From: Octopus sinensis
Taxonomy: Eukaryota
NCBI RefSeq assembly: GCF_006345805.1
Contig: NC_042997.1
Span: forward strand, 199,516,001-199,580,000
Length of the DNA: 64,000 bases
Reading direction: 5' to 3'
The translations under genes were made by a program, and so were the position numbers. Shown piece after piece: positions 48,895-63,839 of this stretch. The notes beneath the pieces were generated by a model. That model ran no database searches, was not told the origin of the DNA, and was given only the letters and a program-made list of their open reading frames with translations. Each line of letters starts with the position of its first letter. Position 1 is the stretch's first letter.

Positions 48895-49440
48895 TAATGA
48901 TGATGATAATAATGAAATTATTGTGTATAGTGCTCAGGTGCACCACAACTCATCAAAGGTGCATGTACGGCACATAGAATTATGTTCAAAAGTCAGGAAA
49001 GTGAACAGTGTATGAGTAACGATGTGCATGTGTATGAAGGTGGGGATATCAGGTGTAGCGTTGGTGAATTTCAGGAAGCATGGAGGCTTTAAAGGATGCA
49101 ATGTTTCGGCATCAAACAACTGATGAGTGTGAAAAAATGTTTCTGAAAGTCATGAGAGCTGTGCTGTTTTCTGACTTCCTAGGCATGCCCCTGTGTTTTA
49201 GACACATGGATTTCAAAAGGGTGCTCAGGTTTGTTGTTGGCAAGATGGTTAATAATTTTGTGGGTGTTTACCAAGTCAGTTGCCAGACGTTGGAGCTTCA
49301 GTGTATCTATGCCCAGGAAAGCAAGGCATTCAGAATATGGTAGATGTCTGATGGAGGGTATTCACTTGGTTGCACGTCTCTGAACAGTTTCCGGGAGGTC
49401 AATGTCCTGAGCAAGATAGGGGTTCCAGACTGGTGATGCA
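48895..49440 (-). mobile_element. CR1/L2-type LINE 3' fragment
   Basis: Minus strand reads ASPVWNPYLAQDIDLPETVQRRATK*IPSIRHLPYSECLAFLGIDTLKLQRLATDLVNTHKII...; 3' UTR ends gtgcacctgagcactatacacaataatttcattattatcatc. Confidence 0.85.
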
Positions 49441-49479
49441 ATTTCCAAGTGTCGCCACATGTATGCATCTGATATTTAA

Positions 49480-49605
49480 TTTATCAACCCCAAAAAGATG
49501 AAAGGCAAAGTTGACCTTGGCGGAATTTCAACTCAGGATGTAAAGACAGACAAAATACCACTTAGCATTTCGCCCGGCGTGCTAATGTTTCTGCCACCTT
49601 GAAGA
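49480..49605 (-). mobile_element. SINE family B 5' part
   Basis: Reverse complement of head and central domain. Confidence 0.75.
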
Positions 49606-50321
49606 CACCCTATATTGAAAAAGAAACACTGTCTATATATTTACTTGCATGAAATAGAGCTTTATTAGCTATAATAACTAACCAGGGAAGAGTATAATTT
49701 GAAGTCTTTTTTCTTCTTCAAAAGGAATTACAATGTACATTATTAGCTTAGGAAAAACTTAATTTCTTTTTTTAATGACTATTTAGAAAAATTAAAACCC
49801 TGCAACTTTCAGATTATTTTCTTTCAGTTACTCTCGAAGTGAATTATGATAGAATCTACCAAAGCAGACAGATCTACAGAATATATTCTCATTTGCATAG
49901 TATAGTTAATTTTTGTCAGGATGAAATTATACTGGGTGTCTGAAACAAAATACTGAGTAGAAGAAGTCCTGACATCCAGCTAACTCCCGGTGATACAAAA
50001 TTTATATTAAATTTATATTCTCAACAAATTATAATGTGAAATTAATACTCTTATCTACCAGATATAATTTTATCCATCAAATTTATTTTATTTAGGTGTT
50101 AGTAACATTAGAAATGTTTTTCAAAATATCTGACCTCAGAATTTTAGGGGAAAAAATTGAAAATCTAGCAAGATTATTATTATTTAATTCATATTCATAA
50201 AAATATTTGTTTAATGCCAATTACAGAATACATGGCTTCTGGAACTGTGAAATTGTTTATAGCACTATTTAAGATTATATCAGCTTATTCTTTTACATAT
50301 AATTGTTCTGTTAGGTTTTAA

Positions 50322-50535
50322 GGCGGTGAGTTGGCAGAATTGCTAGCATGCTGGGCAAAATATTTAATGGTATTTCGCCTGTTGCTACATTCTGAATTCA
50401 AATTCCACCAAGGTAGACTTTGCCTTTCATCCTTTCGGGGGTTGATTAAATAAGTACCAGTTATGTACTGGGATCGATGTAATCGACTTAATCCCTTCCC
50501 CCAAGCTGCCATTGTGGCAAAAATTTGAAATCATT
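50322..50535 (+). mobile_element. SINE family B
   Basis: aaggcggtgagttggcagaa head and gactttgcctttcatcctttcgggg domain. Confidence 0.85.
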
Positions 50536-52319
50536 ACACTAGAAGGTTTTAAAAAGAATATTAAAAATAAAGAACATTTAAAAATATAGTTAATTACTTG
50601 AAAATACTTCCTCGGAATTTACGTATCAAAATACATTATCAAAAAACTGTAAGCTAGGTAAATTTAAAGAACATTCCAACACGTGAAAGGAAAACACTGA
50701 TCAGCTCAAACTTAACGATCAACATCATTAAACTCAGTTGTCTCTCATATAATGACTCATAGGTATTTCTTCCATAACTAGATATTCATTAGAATCTTAC
50801 ATTTTCTTCTTTTCTTATGTTTTTTTCTTAAAAAAAATTAAATTCAAATTTCCCATTTATTCCATATTGTGTAAGCTTTTGATCTTTTTTTTAAACTAAT
50901 AATAGATACGGTATGTTACATTTCTGTTTTTTGAAACAAATATTTAAGAATATTATTGTACGTGTTTTATGCTACTAACAATATTCCACACAAAAAAAAA
51001 AACACATCAATTATCTTTGTATTTTAATGTTTATTTTGTTTACAATTGAATAATTAAAAAAAGAGTTTTATTTGTAATAATTTTATTGACGTGAAAACTT
51101 CCAGCCCTATAGCTCAGGTTCCAATATTACTAATATTACGATTAGTGTTTATTTTAATTAACCTCCCTAAACGATATATTTTTTTTGTTTTTTGATTCTG
51201 TTTTGCTCTAATATTTTGTGGCCAAATTTCTTAATGGTAAACAAAATGATGTAAAAAAAAAAAAACACTGGTAACAGTACTGAAAAATAATAATTAAAAA
51301 AAAAATGTTTAATCAGTTTGAATCCACAAGTTGGTGTTAATTCTCTGAGTATAGAAGTATTGACAACACTCTGCTTACCAAAGTGACAACAATATTTTCT
51401 GCTGCTTTAATCTATAATAATTTAAAAACAAAACAAAAAAAATCAATGCCTCATGCGCATCAATATTTCTTTTGCGTGGCTGTGTGTGTCTATGGATGTG
51501 AATGCATATATGTGTATAACAAACAAAAAGAACTGAAATAAAATTTAAAAAAAAAGACAAAACAAAATCAACAACAACAAATGTCTGTAATTATCATTCA
51601 TGTTTCTTTGGGTTTTTTTTTAATGGTCTTCTTTGTGATATTCAAATTTGAGAAAATATTTTCTGTGCACTCTGAACACATCCTCCTATAGTCTGATAAG
51701 TGAACGACAGGAGGGATATAACATGCATGGCACATAAACTGTACTAAAAACGGTACACATTACATATATAATGCATGAGATCATTTAATTATATATTTTG
51801 CACCACATCAATCTAAGCATTGTTCTTTTTCACATAGAATATTATTATTATTATATTATTATTATTATTAGTATTATTATAGATATACTTTCAATATTGA
51901 AAAATTGAAGTTTGAAAATTTGATCAGCAATATTGTTATTTATTATTTTAAAACTTGTTCTTCGAAACAAAAAACTTGACATTATTATTATTATTATTAG
52001 ATTGTTTATTCTATTCAATTTCCCACCAAAGTTCTTTATATATCTTCTACTGAACACTTCAATAATAATGATAATAATAATAATAACAACAATAATAATA
52101 ATAGCCAAAGAAAGGCCTTCTTCCACCACTTCTTAAACATAACAAATTAGAATACTTGAGATTTGCTATCAACTACATACTTTCTGTCTATTTTTTTAAC
52201 TTGATATTTACCTTAAAAAAAAAACAACAAAAAAAAAAGAAATGCAATTTGACAATATTTGTACCCACTAAGAACATTTATCAAAGTTTATATATATATA
52301 AACACACATTTAGATACAT

Positions 52320-52384
52320 GTACATCTATATATATACACACACATACATACATGTATAAGTATGTATATATATCTATATGTATG

Positions 52385-52417
<33 letters not shown>

Positions 52418-52516
52418 GTGTATATATATATGTGTATATATATATATGTGTATATATATGTATGTGTATATATATATATGTATGTGTATATATATGTATG
52501 TATATATATATATATG

Positions 52517-52582
<66 letters not shown>

Positions 52583-52930
52583 TGTATGTATATATGTATG
52601 TATGTATATATGTATGTATATATATATATATGTATATATATATATGTATGGATATATATATATGCATATATATATGTATGTATATGTATATATAATTATA
52701 TGTGTATATATATATATATACATATAATTATATACATATATATATGTATATAATTATATGTATATATATATATATATATGTATATAATTATATGTATATA
52801 TATATGAATATACTTATATGTATATATATGTATATAATTATATATATGTATATAATTATATGTATATATATATATGTATATGTGTGAGTACACATACATA
52901 TACAGACACACACACACACAGTTATACACA
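52320..52930. repeat. Compound (TA)/(TATG) microsatellite
   Basis: Direct inspection. Confidence 0.95.
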
Positions 52931-55243
52931 CACTAATACCCTTGCTTCACGATTGGTGTGTTAAATGTCTATTACTTTTTGTGGACATTGAAAATCTTTA
53001 AAAAGAGATTAAATTCTTTTCTGCCCCACTTTTCTCTGCCTATCAAATGTTGCTAATATGTTGTTGCAGCCTCTTTAATTGTGAGATTCTGCAATGTTGT
53101 TTATCCTTGCCACTTGTGACTGGGTCTTCTTTTTCCATCTTATCATCTCTGTTCTTTTAATGGCCATCAGGGATATTTCAGTACAGCATCTATATATATG
53201 GTATTGAGGTTTTATCAAGAAGGGCATATAACAATCAAACGAAGAGAAAAAAAAAAAAGATACTCATAGATATATATGAGAGTATGTGTATGTAAGTATA
53301 TATGCATGAATAAGTGTGCATTTATATACATATTTATTCATATGTATGTATGTTGGAACTAGGCTGTCACTCCTACATTATAGTTTCAAGTGTGTATGTG
53401 AAATGTATGCAAGATTATATAAATGTTGTTTTCATTTTAATAAATACATTATGGAAGAGCTGTTACATAAAATCAAATTTAAGGTACCATGCTTAGGTTT
53501 CAGTTTAAAATAAAAAAAAAAATTTCTTTTTTAGATATCATTTGCTACATTTTCTATTTGTTTTTGGTAGAATGGAATTTTAGCATTCCTTAATAGAAAT
53601 TAACGCAACCAATTGTGAGTTACGGCCTTCGGTTCATCTACTTTTGGCCCAGATTCTATAAACTAAGACTTATATATATTTCTGAACAAACAAGTGTAAA
53701 GTAAACTGTCTTTCTATTTTCTGTAATTTCTAATCTGCAAGTATATTTGTTAATCATCATATGCTAATTATTTTCATTATACTGATAAATGGTTTTGAAA
53801 AAATTTTAATATGAAAGAATGTATAAAATGGATTAAAATATTACACAAATAGTCCACACATGCATTAAAGTATTTCCAAAGAGAATGTATGTTAATGTAC
53901 ATATATATGCATTATGCTTTCTCATGCTTTCTTACAAAGAAATTACATATATATATATATACATACATATATATATATATATATAAAGATACAATATGAA
54001 AAACTGTGTATATACTATACTGTAGAGTTTACTGAAATGTATAGAATAATATATGAAATTCTATTGATTACTTTCTTGAAAATTGGTCAAATTACCAAGC
54101 TCTTTATTTAGATGAACAGATGCATAAGAGCCTATGTAATAATCAGAGCTTTAACCTAGTTTACTTGATGGAAATTTTTCTAAGATGCGAGAAAACAGGA
54201 GTAGTTACTCTCATTCTGGCAAAGAAATTGTACATTTTTCTGTAAATACATTTCACAAATCTGTTATTTCATCTTTTTTTTTTTTCCTTTCTTTCTTTCA
54301 AATATCACTACAAACATTATTCCACACATTCATGACCGATGAAGAAAAAAATTAAATCCGCAATGTATATTGCTCCTTTTAATAACATGTTATTCTTGAA
54401 GGATCTCATTGTCTTTGTCATTTATATTATTGCATTTAGCAGAAATCAAGTTGTTATTAAACAATCTCTCACTTTCTCCCCTCGGCCCCACCTCCTTCTC
54501 TATTTAAGCTATAAGGGCATTTATTATAACTTACTCTCGAAGCTACATGTATAACTAACCTTGCATTTTATATATTTTTAAAATTAGCAAAGCTAGTTTT
54601 CGATTGTGTGGTTGTTGAAACTACGTCAAAATATTCTTTTCATATATTCAACATGAATGTTAGTTCATGCTAATTCTAAACAATCAAAAATGGTTTGGAT
54701 CTGAAATTCATTGAATATACTTTTCTTCTTTACAAATTAACTAAACAAAAAAAAAAACATCACCTTGTAATCTTTTTATACCATTTTTTTAATAGAAAAT
54801 TCTATATTTTCTACTCTATGGTTTTTTTAATCAAAATCTGTAGAAACACTATTAGTATATTTTCTGACAAGATACCTATAACCCAATGTATATAATAAGA
54901 ACATTAAAATTTTAAATGCTCTAGTGTTCAAAAAACAAGACCGAAATAGGAAGATAACATTAGGATTCTGTTACAAAACTTAAAATTAATTAAAACTTTC
55001 CAAACACATCTTTTCACTAAAGCAGTTCTGTTCTCTTAATGAAAAATATGAACGGATATATGTGTGTGTGTGTAAGTATGTATGTACACACACACACACG
55101 TATATATCTATGGTAGTGATTCTGAGTAAGAATATATAAGCATATGTTTTGTATGGATAATGATGGTTGTATAAAGGAGTGAGAAGGGAGACAAAGGAAG
55201 ACTTGGTATATGGTAGTGAAGATTGGTGTGTGTATTCGTGATC

Positions 55244-55280
<37 letters not shown>

Positions 55281-55561
55281 AATATACCCACATAATTATC
55301 CTTAACATTTTAACATCCACTTTTCCATGCTTTCTTGGGTTGAATGGGAATTGTTGAGGTAGGTTTTCTTTGGGTAGATACCATTCCTGTTGCCAACCTC
55401 CATGCTAGGTAAAATTTTCCCATGGCCAGACATGTTTTCATGACAGATTGAAACAAACAACAACGCATTTATAACAGTGATGCTCCTTTACAACTATCAT
55501 ACAATGACATATATAAATGTACACACACGCACACACTGATATGTGTGTGTGTGTGTATATA

Positions 55562-55607
<46 letters not shown>

Positions 55608-55948
55608 CATACATACACACACACATTATATATACACACATACATACACACAAACAACAGAATAACAGTATATTAAATGCCATGCAAGGTAAATTCACCA
55701 TTTACTGAAATCATTTCCACTTCCAGAGAAAGTAGAACAACCCATTGATGGTAACTGGGACAAACTGCACATGAAAGGCGGAGATAATTGTAAGACTGAA
55801 GAATTCCCAAAACTTGACATGTCATTAACACTAAGACAATCTTATTGTCAGGATTAATGAAGGCAATTTTGGACGTGTTTCAGCTTCAGTAGGTAGCATT
55901 AGCACAGCAGGTGCACTAGCTTGTATCTCGCAAAACTGAGATACTTAA

Positions 55949-56167
55949 CCTTTTAGTATTTAAACCGGCCATATCTGGCCAAAATAGTTAATCTGTTTTA
56001 TGTTCAAACTGACCAGATCCAGGCTCTCACACCTACCCTACAATGTTATTCTACATTAAGTAATTACACCATAAAGATTTTGAAGATATGAGATAATGCA
56101 TGATTAATTCAAATCAATGGGAATCAATAAGCATTATGTTTGATAGAATAATCTGAATGCTAAAGGG
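55949..56167. mobile_element. piggyBac-type MITE
   Basis: TTAA-ccttttagtattta ... tgaatgctaaaggg-TTA(A); the right TTAA was split by the following SINE. Confidence 0.75.
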
Positions 56168-56170
56168 TTA

Positions 56171-56518
56171 TGTGAAGGCGCATGGCTCAGTGGTTAGAGC
56201 GTCGACCTTACGATCGTGAGGTTGTGAGCTCGAATCCCGGACCGGGCTGCATGTTGTGTTCTTGAGCAAGGCACTTTATTTCACGTTGCTCCAGTTCACT
56301 CAGCTGTAGAAATGAGTTGCAACGTCACAAGTGCCAAGCTGTATCGGCCTTTGCCTTTCCCTTGGATAACACTGGTGGCGTGGAGAGGGGAGGCCGGTAT
56401 GCATGGGCGACTGTTGGTTTTCCATAAACAACCATGCCCAGACTTGTGACTAGGAGGGTAACTTTCTAGGTGCAATCCCATGGTCAGTGTCATGACCGAA
56501 GGGGGTCCTGGATTCCGG
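56171..56518 (+). mobile_element. SINE family D inserted at the MITE end
   Basis: 9-bp duplication aaagggtta at 56162-56170 and 56519-56527; matches 21254-21585. Confidence 0.88.
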
Positions 56519-56809
56519 AAAGGGTTAAACAAGCTCATTATCATAAGATACAAAACTAAGTAGATCCAATGATTTTTTTTCCCCCCAGCCAATCAGATTA
56601 TCTTTTCTTATTTTAAACGGTACGGTACGTTAGTTTTAGAGAATATTTGATTCTTAAGATTATCACCCCTTTTCATTTGGGAATTGTCCCAAATGCCACT
56701 GAGCAATTATTCTATCTTCTTTGGAAGCAGGGATAATTGCAATAAATACATCATGGTCATTCTGACTTATCTCTCTTAGCATATTTCCATTTCATTTATG
56801 CATATGCTC

Positions 56810-57200
56810 TTATTTTTTACTCGCTTCAGTAATTTGACTGTGGGCATGTTGGAGCACCGCCTTTAGTCGGACAAATCGACCCCAGGACTTATTCTTTGCA
56901 AGCCTAGTACTTAGCTGTTCGGCAAAAGAGACCAATAGACTAAGTTACGGGGACATACATACACACACAAGCATCGGTTGTCAAGCGATGGTGGGGGGAC
57001 AAACACAGACACACAAATATATACACACATACAAATATATATATATATGACGAGCTTCTTTCAGTTTCCGTCTACCAAATCCACTCACGAGACTTTGGTT
57101 GGCCTGAGGCTATAGTAGAAGATACTTGCCCAAGTGGTACTGAACCTGGAACCACGTGGTTGGTAAGCAAGCTACTTACCACACAGCCAATCTTGCGCCT
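56810..57200 (-). mobile_element. SINE family A
   Basis: Full head-to-tail homology in reverse. Confidence 0.88.
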
Positions 57201-57336
57201 AGGAATATATATATAAATAATATAGATGTGTGTGTACGCATGAGTGTGTGTTTATATGTACAATATATACCCACACACACACACACATGTATGTATATTA
57301 TACACTCATATACATGTATATACATATGCACATACA

Positions 57337-57397
<61 letters not shown>

Positions 57398-60300
57398 GTA
57401 CATATATATAAATGTATGTAAATATATACATGTGCATGTATTTGAATGCAGGCCTTGTAATATGCAAATTAGTAGCATATGTGTATAAGCATATTGGTTA
57501 CTTATTTCTCTGGGATTGGTCAGGTGATGTAGACAATTTTGGTGAGAACCCTATAAGGATCAAAATTCAATGAAGATTTTTTCATCATTGTTTCAGTATT
57601 ATGGAGAAATGAGTAAATATGAGTTTTTTGCATCTCTACTACATTGGTTCACATACATTTAAATATATATATATACACATATATATACACACACATTCAT
57701 ACACACATGTGTAAATTGTAGTGTGTGTATATATATACATATGTATCTACGGGCACATTAACATAATGTTGTTATTTGAGCCCTCAGCTCTGTATTGTTT
57801 TTTTTTTTTTACCTTTTGGTCCTTGACAAGGCACTTCATTTTGCATTTCTTTGGTTTTCTCACCTGAAATTAGTATCAACCAAGAGCTAACATAATTCAC
57901 TTTCCCTCCAACTGTACAAGATGTTTTATATATAGATGGTCCCGCCCATGCCAGCATGGAAGACAAACATCAAATGATGATATTATATATATATATAGTA
58001 CCAGTATTTGGTCAGAGACTATTATCTTTTCATAATAATAACTTTTAAAAATAATAAATCTTACAATTGTTACAATCATGACTTCCAAGATTGAATGACT
58101 TGGTAGCATGTACCTTGCTTTTGCTAATTGCTTTAGGTGCCTATGTAATCTCAAATAAATATAGACAGCCTCCCCGGTCTCCACAGCACTGGCCCAGCAG
58201 AATGTCAAGGAGGAGGAGAAAACTGCAACACTCAATCGTTACCCCCCTTTTTTTTTCTTTTTTTTTTACCTCAGTGGCCTGAAACAATGTGAAATGTAGT
58301 TCAGTGCTCAAGGACACATCGTGTTGCCCAAACCAGTAGTCAAACTCACAAGCTTACAACCTTCAATCAAACATCCTAACTTCTAGTCTACACATTTCAC
58401 TCTGAAATATATAAAACAATGTTTATATCTATATATATATATATATATATATGTTAAACTATATAAAAAAAAATCAAAATAGCAAACATAGTATTGAAAA
58501 ATGTATAAAAACAAAATTACAACAAAATAAAATCTTTAATATATCATTTAAATGCTAAAAGTACTTTTGAATCACCCTGTGTATAAATACACACACACAC
58601 AAGCTATTTTAATAAAAAATATTTTAAAAAATGAACTCTCTTGGATTAGCTGCTTAAAATTTATATTTGGTATGATTCCAAACTGATAATTCTTTAAAAA
58701 CAGAATCCACTACAACAATAAGTTTATAAAAAAACAACCCCGTTTTCTTCAGTACATAAATCTATTCTGTCACTCTTCATTGCTGTTGTTGTTGTAGCTT
58801 AAAATCATCAACAAATATTAAAAATATATAGAAAACTGCATAATGCTAAGGTTTTCTATTAATACGATATAGAACTGCTGCTAACTAAATGGAATCATTA
58901 GATGTATGAATGTGTGCATGTGTATGCACATATATAGTTTGTCCACAGATACAGAATTATAAATCTGTGCTTTTTATTTACTGTTTCTTTATCTCAAAAT
59001 GTGCATCTTCTGTTAATGCCATGAGATTAGAGTGCAAAGGTGAGAGTGTGTACACATTTGTGTATGTGTTGTGTGTGTGTATATGTTGTTGTTTTGATAG
59101 AATTCTTTTTTTTTTCTTCTTTTAACAGAGTTTCAGGAGCAAAATTTTAGGGAACAATTTTAACTTTAATAATAGTAAGTTAAAAGTAATGTTCCAGACA
59201 CTAGGTACACAAATATCAAATAAATGTAGTTCATCAGAGCTGAAAGAAAAACAAAACCTTTGTATCAAAAGGATTTGTTTGAAGAAATATCTAATGTTAT
59301 TAATACGTAAGATGAAACAACATATAATTGATCCAACCATTTCTTAACATAATTTAAGAGATCAGTTTTCTTCCTGCTCAAATATGTAAAATTGTTCAGA
59401 AAATAAATGCATTCACACAGGCTGTGCTGTTGTTGCTTATCCCCAGTGCAGCCTTGGTTGTGCAGGACTACATCATCCAATGTGTCATTCCTGTTTTAAG
59501 ATGGTAGGTTTAAGTTGATAGAGTGTGGCTGCTATTTTTAGCAGACCCAACAATCACGTAGAGGCTCTCTTTGGTTCATGTTTCTAAGTGAGCCAAAGTG
59601 AAATCTAAGCCTGTAATTGTTGTCGGGACTCGGGAATTATTTTTAAAACAAAAATGTTAATCTCTACAGCCGAAATTATTAAACTTCAAACCAGCCACAC
59701 TACATGATGATCAATTCAATGCTTTTGTTACTTTCATGAAGTGATGGTATAAAACTTAGAATATACAGTTAAAAAGAACCTAGCAAAAATTACTTCAATT
59801 ACATAACAAAACGGACATAATTTTGTATAAAAAGAAAACTATGAAAATCTTAAGAATATTTTTTTTGTAAGTTAATTATTAAGATGCTCAGGATTTTAGG
59901 CTTGAATGTAAGAATGTTTGCATGTGATTGCAAAAGTGCAAGTCTGCCAGAGCTATATATGTAAAGAAATTTGATTTTATTAAATCATAAAACATTCCCT
60001 GCTGATCTTTTCTATTCATTGGCTCATCTGTATGACAAATGACTTGGCATGCTTTTTATCCTCCACCAAGATATTAGAAATTTTGGAAATTATTGTTTTG
60101 TGTTCCTTTAACATGACCTAATATACTTAACTTTATCCCTCATTAAATAAAAAAAAAAAGAAAAGAAGAAAAAAAAACTATTAAAACTCTCAAAAAGCTT
60201 GCTAAAAGGTTTTTTGAAGAGGGCAACATTTTGTAGCTCTTAATGCTTCTGGAGATTTCTATTGGTGTTTGGTTTACTTAACTTCAATTCGCATTCTACA

Positions 60301-60484
60301 AACAAATATTCATCTTTATTAATTTAGTTTCAAGCAATGAAGTCAGAAAAAAAAAATTTCTTTTCCTGATTTAAGTCAATAAAATCATCTTTGTAAGCTT
60401 ACTATGATTTAATATTTACTAATATTTATTCCTATTAACAACAACAACACAATTGTTTCAAATAAAGTTTCTCTTTAACTTTAC

Positions 60485-60541
<57 letters not shown>

Positions 60542-62699
60542 AAAAAATGATTTATACAATATATATTTTTTTTTAATTATCCCTACAATTTGAAGCTATC
60601 AAAGAAACAAGTATTTTTCTGTTGGGGCAGATGAGAAAGTTGGGTTCTTTTTAAAATTTGTTTACTTTCAATTCATTATGATACGAAATTTTGATTGCTT
60701 AATGAGGAATTCCTCTCTCATGGTAAACCCGTGAGCTTTATTTAATATTTTCAGTTAACTCATCAAAACTACCAGACATACCACTTAAAAAAGAGAAAAT
60801 AAGTATTTTTGAGTTCAAATGAATTAATGACACATAACAGAGTTAGTCATTCATAATTTCAATTTTGTTAAATGTATTTTCTATCAAAGATATCTCAGTA
60901 TCAACATTAACAAATGAAACGAGTTTTAATGTTTTTAAATAGCTTCAACTTATATAAAAGTTTTAGCTTTGTCACATTTTTAAAGTTATCTCTTTGAACA
61001 AATACAATAATGTACATTATTTTCATTTTATAAAATGTCACTGGTATATGAGAATTTGTCGTTTAACGTAACACAAAATTCTTGTAAGCCACTGAGATTC
61101 TAAAATAAAAGACAAATACAGAAAAATCATCCTTAGCATCCTTTTATGATTTCAGTTATTTTGTTATGGTTAACATTTTATTTCCCCCAAAATTTCTTTT
61201 CTCTGAATCCAATTTAAATCTCATTCTTGGGATTTCTCTGTGATAGATTGTCAAATAAAAACAGATTGAAACCGTATGCAACATCTTGTGATAGGTTATA
61301 TATTATTCTGATAATGTTATGTACAGATTATGTAATGTTGTTGCTGCAGATTGAACTATAATCAATAGACTTACTGACCAGGTTTCTATTTAACACCCTG
61401 GTTCCTTGTAACTCAAACACTCAAAATATATATAAAATGTTATGTTTGATGTCAGATTTTTTTTTCCTTGTTAATAAAATATTTTCAAAATCTTTCACTT
61501 GAATTCCATTTAAATGACTTTGAGTATGTATTAACATATATATTAAAAATTCCATAAAGAATAGAAAAGTGCTGGTGTATAGGTGAGGACTTTTAAATGT
61601 AAATAACTCATGTTGAAACACTTTCTCAGTTTGAATATACAATATGATAAGCTTAATAACAAGATTGTGGTTTCGATATTGGTCTTACTTTGGTTTCTCG
61701 TTTTCTTACTGTGTGTCATATTTTGAAGACAAATCAAGAATACCAAAGTGTGTCCTACCAATATGCAAGTTTATCTTCAATGACAGAATTATTTGCGAAA
61801 AGATAATTGCTGGAACTTAGGTTCGTTACAGATATTTAAATTGATTTCCAAAACTGCTTTCTCTCTTCAGTTGGTCAATAAAGTTTTACTGACTAAAAAT
61901 GTTTACAAATTTAATGTACACTTGGTACTGAGGAGGACAGAATTGTATTTATATATATATATATATATGCAGAGAGAGAGAGAAAGAATAGAAATAAAAG
62001 TGAAAGAGAGGAAGCATTATTTAGATATTGTCATTGTTCTTTGAGTTACTAAGAAGAGTCTAAAATTATTTGATTATATCAGAATCCTTGTTTTCTCTTT
62101 TTCCTAAGCATGTTACTGAAATCTACCAGAGAATCAGTTATTAGGGAAGCAAGAACACTGGATTATTAGTCGGAAATACGATGGATGGATTTAGAAATTC
62201 AAGTTTTATTGAAGATTGTGTCAGTATTGTCGTCATAAACCCGTGTTCTGTTATGAAATAATCAGCTTAAACCTCAATGATAGACACCAGCTTATGAGAG
62301 TTTATACACTCACATTTACTTGCAGACATACAGAAATATCTTTGTTCAGCTGTGTGTGTGTGTGTTGTAAAGAAAATAATGTATTGTGTATCCACACGCC
62401 TCCTCTACAGACTTGTTCGGTGCTGTATAATGTAGGATGAATGATCAATATCTAACTTATGTAACTCAATTGATCAATCCTGTCTCTCTTCAAAATTTGT
62501 TCTGACAAATGCAAAACAGAATTTCTAGTTGTTTATAAATATTAAAATGGAGCAACAACATATTACAGCAAGAAGGTTAGGAGTTTCGTTCTAACTTTAA
62601 CAGTTTACAGTGACTAGTTCAAAATGAACAGAGGTTCTGTGTAGTCACTTGATCTAATAGAAATAACAACAACATAACACTCCACACCATCTTAATGTA

Positions 62700-63050
62700 A
62701 TGAAATGGCAGTCGTTAGAGTGTCAGCTTAATGTCTTGTCTAATATTTGTCCCGGATCTCTGTGCTCCCAGTTCAAATCAGACCAAGTTCAACTTTGCCT
62801 GACATTTTTTTCAGGGTCAATTAAAAGGAAAAGTATTTGAGAAAAAAAAAAAGAAAAAAAAAGAAAAGAAAGGTACCAATCCAGGGTGGTAGATTTGCAG
62901 AAGGATAAGAATGTTGAAGTGGGTGCTTTGCAGTATTTGTTTCAGCTCTTTGGATTTTAAGTTCAAATCAAATCATGGTCTACTTAGGTGGTAGACTTCA
63001 TTTATTACTTGGTTTAACGCCACTAAAAATACCCATGTACTAGATGGAGG
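62700..63050 (+). mobile_element. Two degenerate family B-like SINE fragments
   Basis: ccagttcaaatcagaccaagttcaactttgcc and ttaagttcaaatc...gtagacttcatt...aatacccatgtact. Confidence 0.5.
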
Positions 63051-63839
63051 CGACTATTCTGTTGCAAGCATTTGAACCAGGTCCCTAGTTTAAGGATACT
63101 TCCCCATCACACAAACACACACTCACTCACTACTCTCAGAGAACCTACCTTCTCTCTTGATTAAAAGATAAAAGAAAATGTAGTCTGAAATTAGGCAGGA
63201 TGGTCATGATTGGAACACCTTTCATCATACATTCGCTAATCAAGGCTGATCTGGGTCATAAACAACATATTCCCAATATTCATTGGTAAAAGTTTCTTTT
63301 GATGCATTTAATTTATTTTTGTCTTGATTAATGATGCAACCTAATAGAGGACTGTATTATCAGCACTCAGACCTCAAATCTTCAAACTCTCAGCACCTTT
63401 ATATAAACTAAAGAAACACTCTTCTATTTTACAACACTGCTGCTGCTTACACCAACGAGTTATGTCGCAGAGTAAAACCTGTAGGTAGTAACATAATACG
63501 AATCCCTCACTTTGTGTTGGCTATGCTTGGTGGCCATATCCTTTAGATTATTAAGTCTTTTATTATGAACAAAATACATTTTCTTTGTTCAATATTTTCC
63601 TATTAACATTCTATCTTCACCTAAATCTAGCCTTTAATTTCTGGGGTCAAAGTATTACTACTGCTCTAATGGACAATAAGAGACATGTTTCCCTCACTTA
63701 AAGTAATACGGACAAAGAATAAAATTACTTCAAATATTTCATCGTCACATTCAACATGCTTTATTCACCTGTTGTAAAGTAGCTGTATAAATTCTAACCT
63801 AGATTTCTTTTCACAGTAACATCTATTAGTGTTTTTTTT

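Noticed and set aside
49080-49343. Plus-strand 87-aa ORF as a gene
   Set aside because: Antisense shadow of the CR1 fragment.
51851-52136. Ile-rich 92-aa and 67-aa ORFs as membrane proteins
   Set aside because: Hydrophobic runs come from (ATT)n/(AAT)n repeats and the starts are non-ATG.
53040-53220. Possible minus-strand exon
   Set aside because: All frames close within about 40 codons, with no motif or convincing splice pair.
56175-56250. tRNA genes at SINE heads (also 21254, 17135, 35737, 36605)
   Set aside because: A/B boxes are present but there is no proper acceptor stem or poly-T terminator, and each runs into a SINE body.
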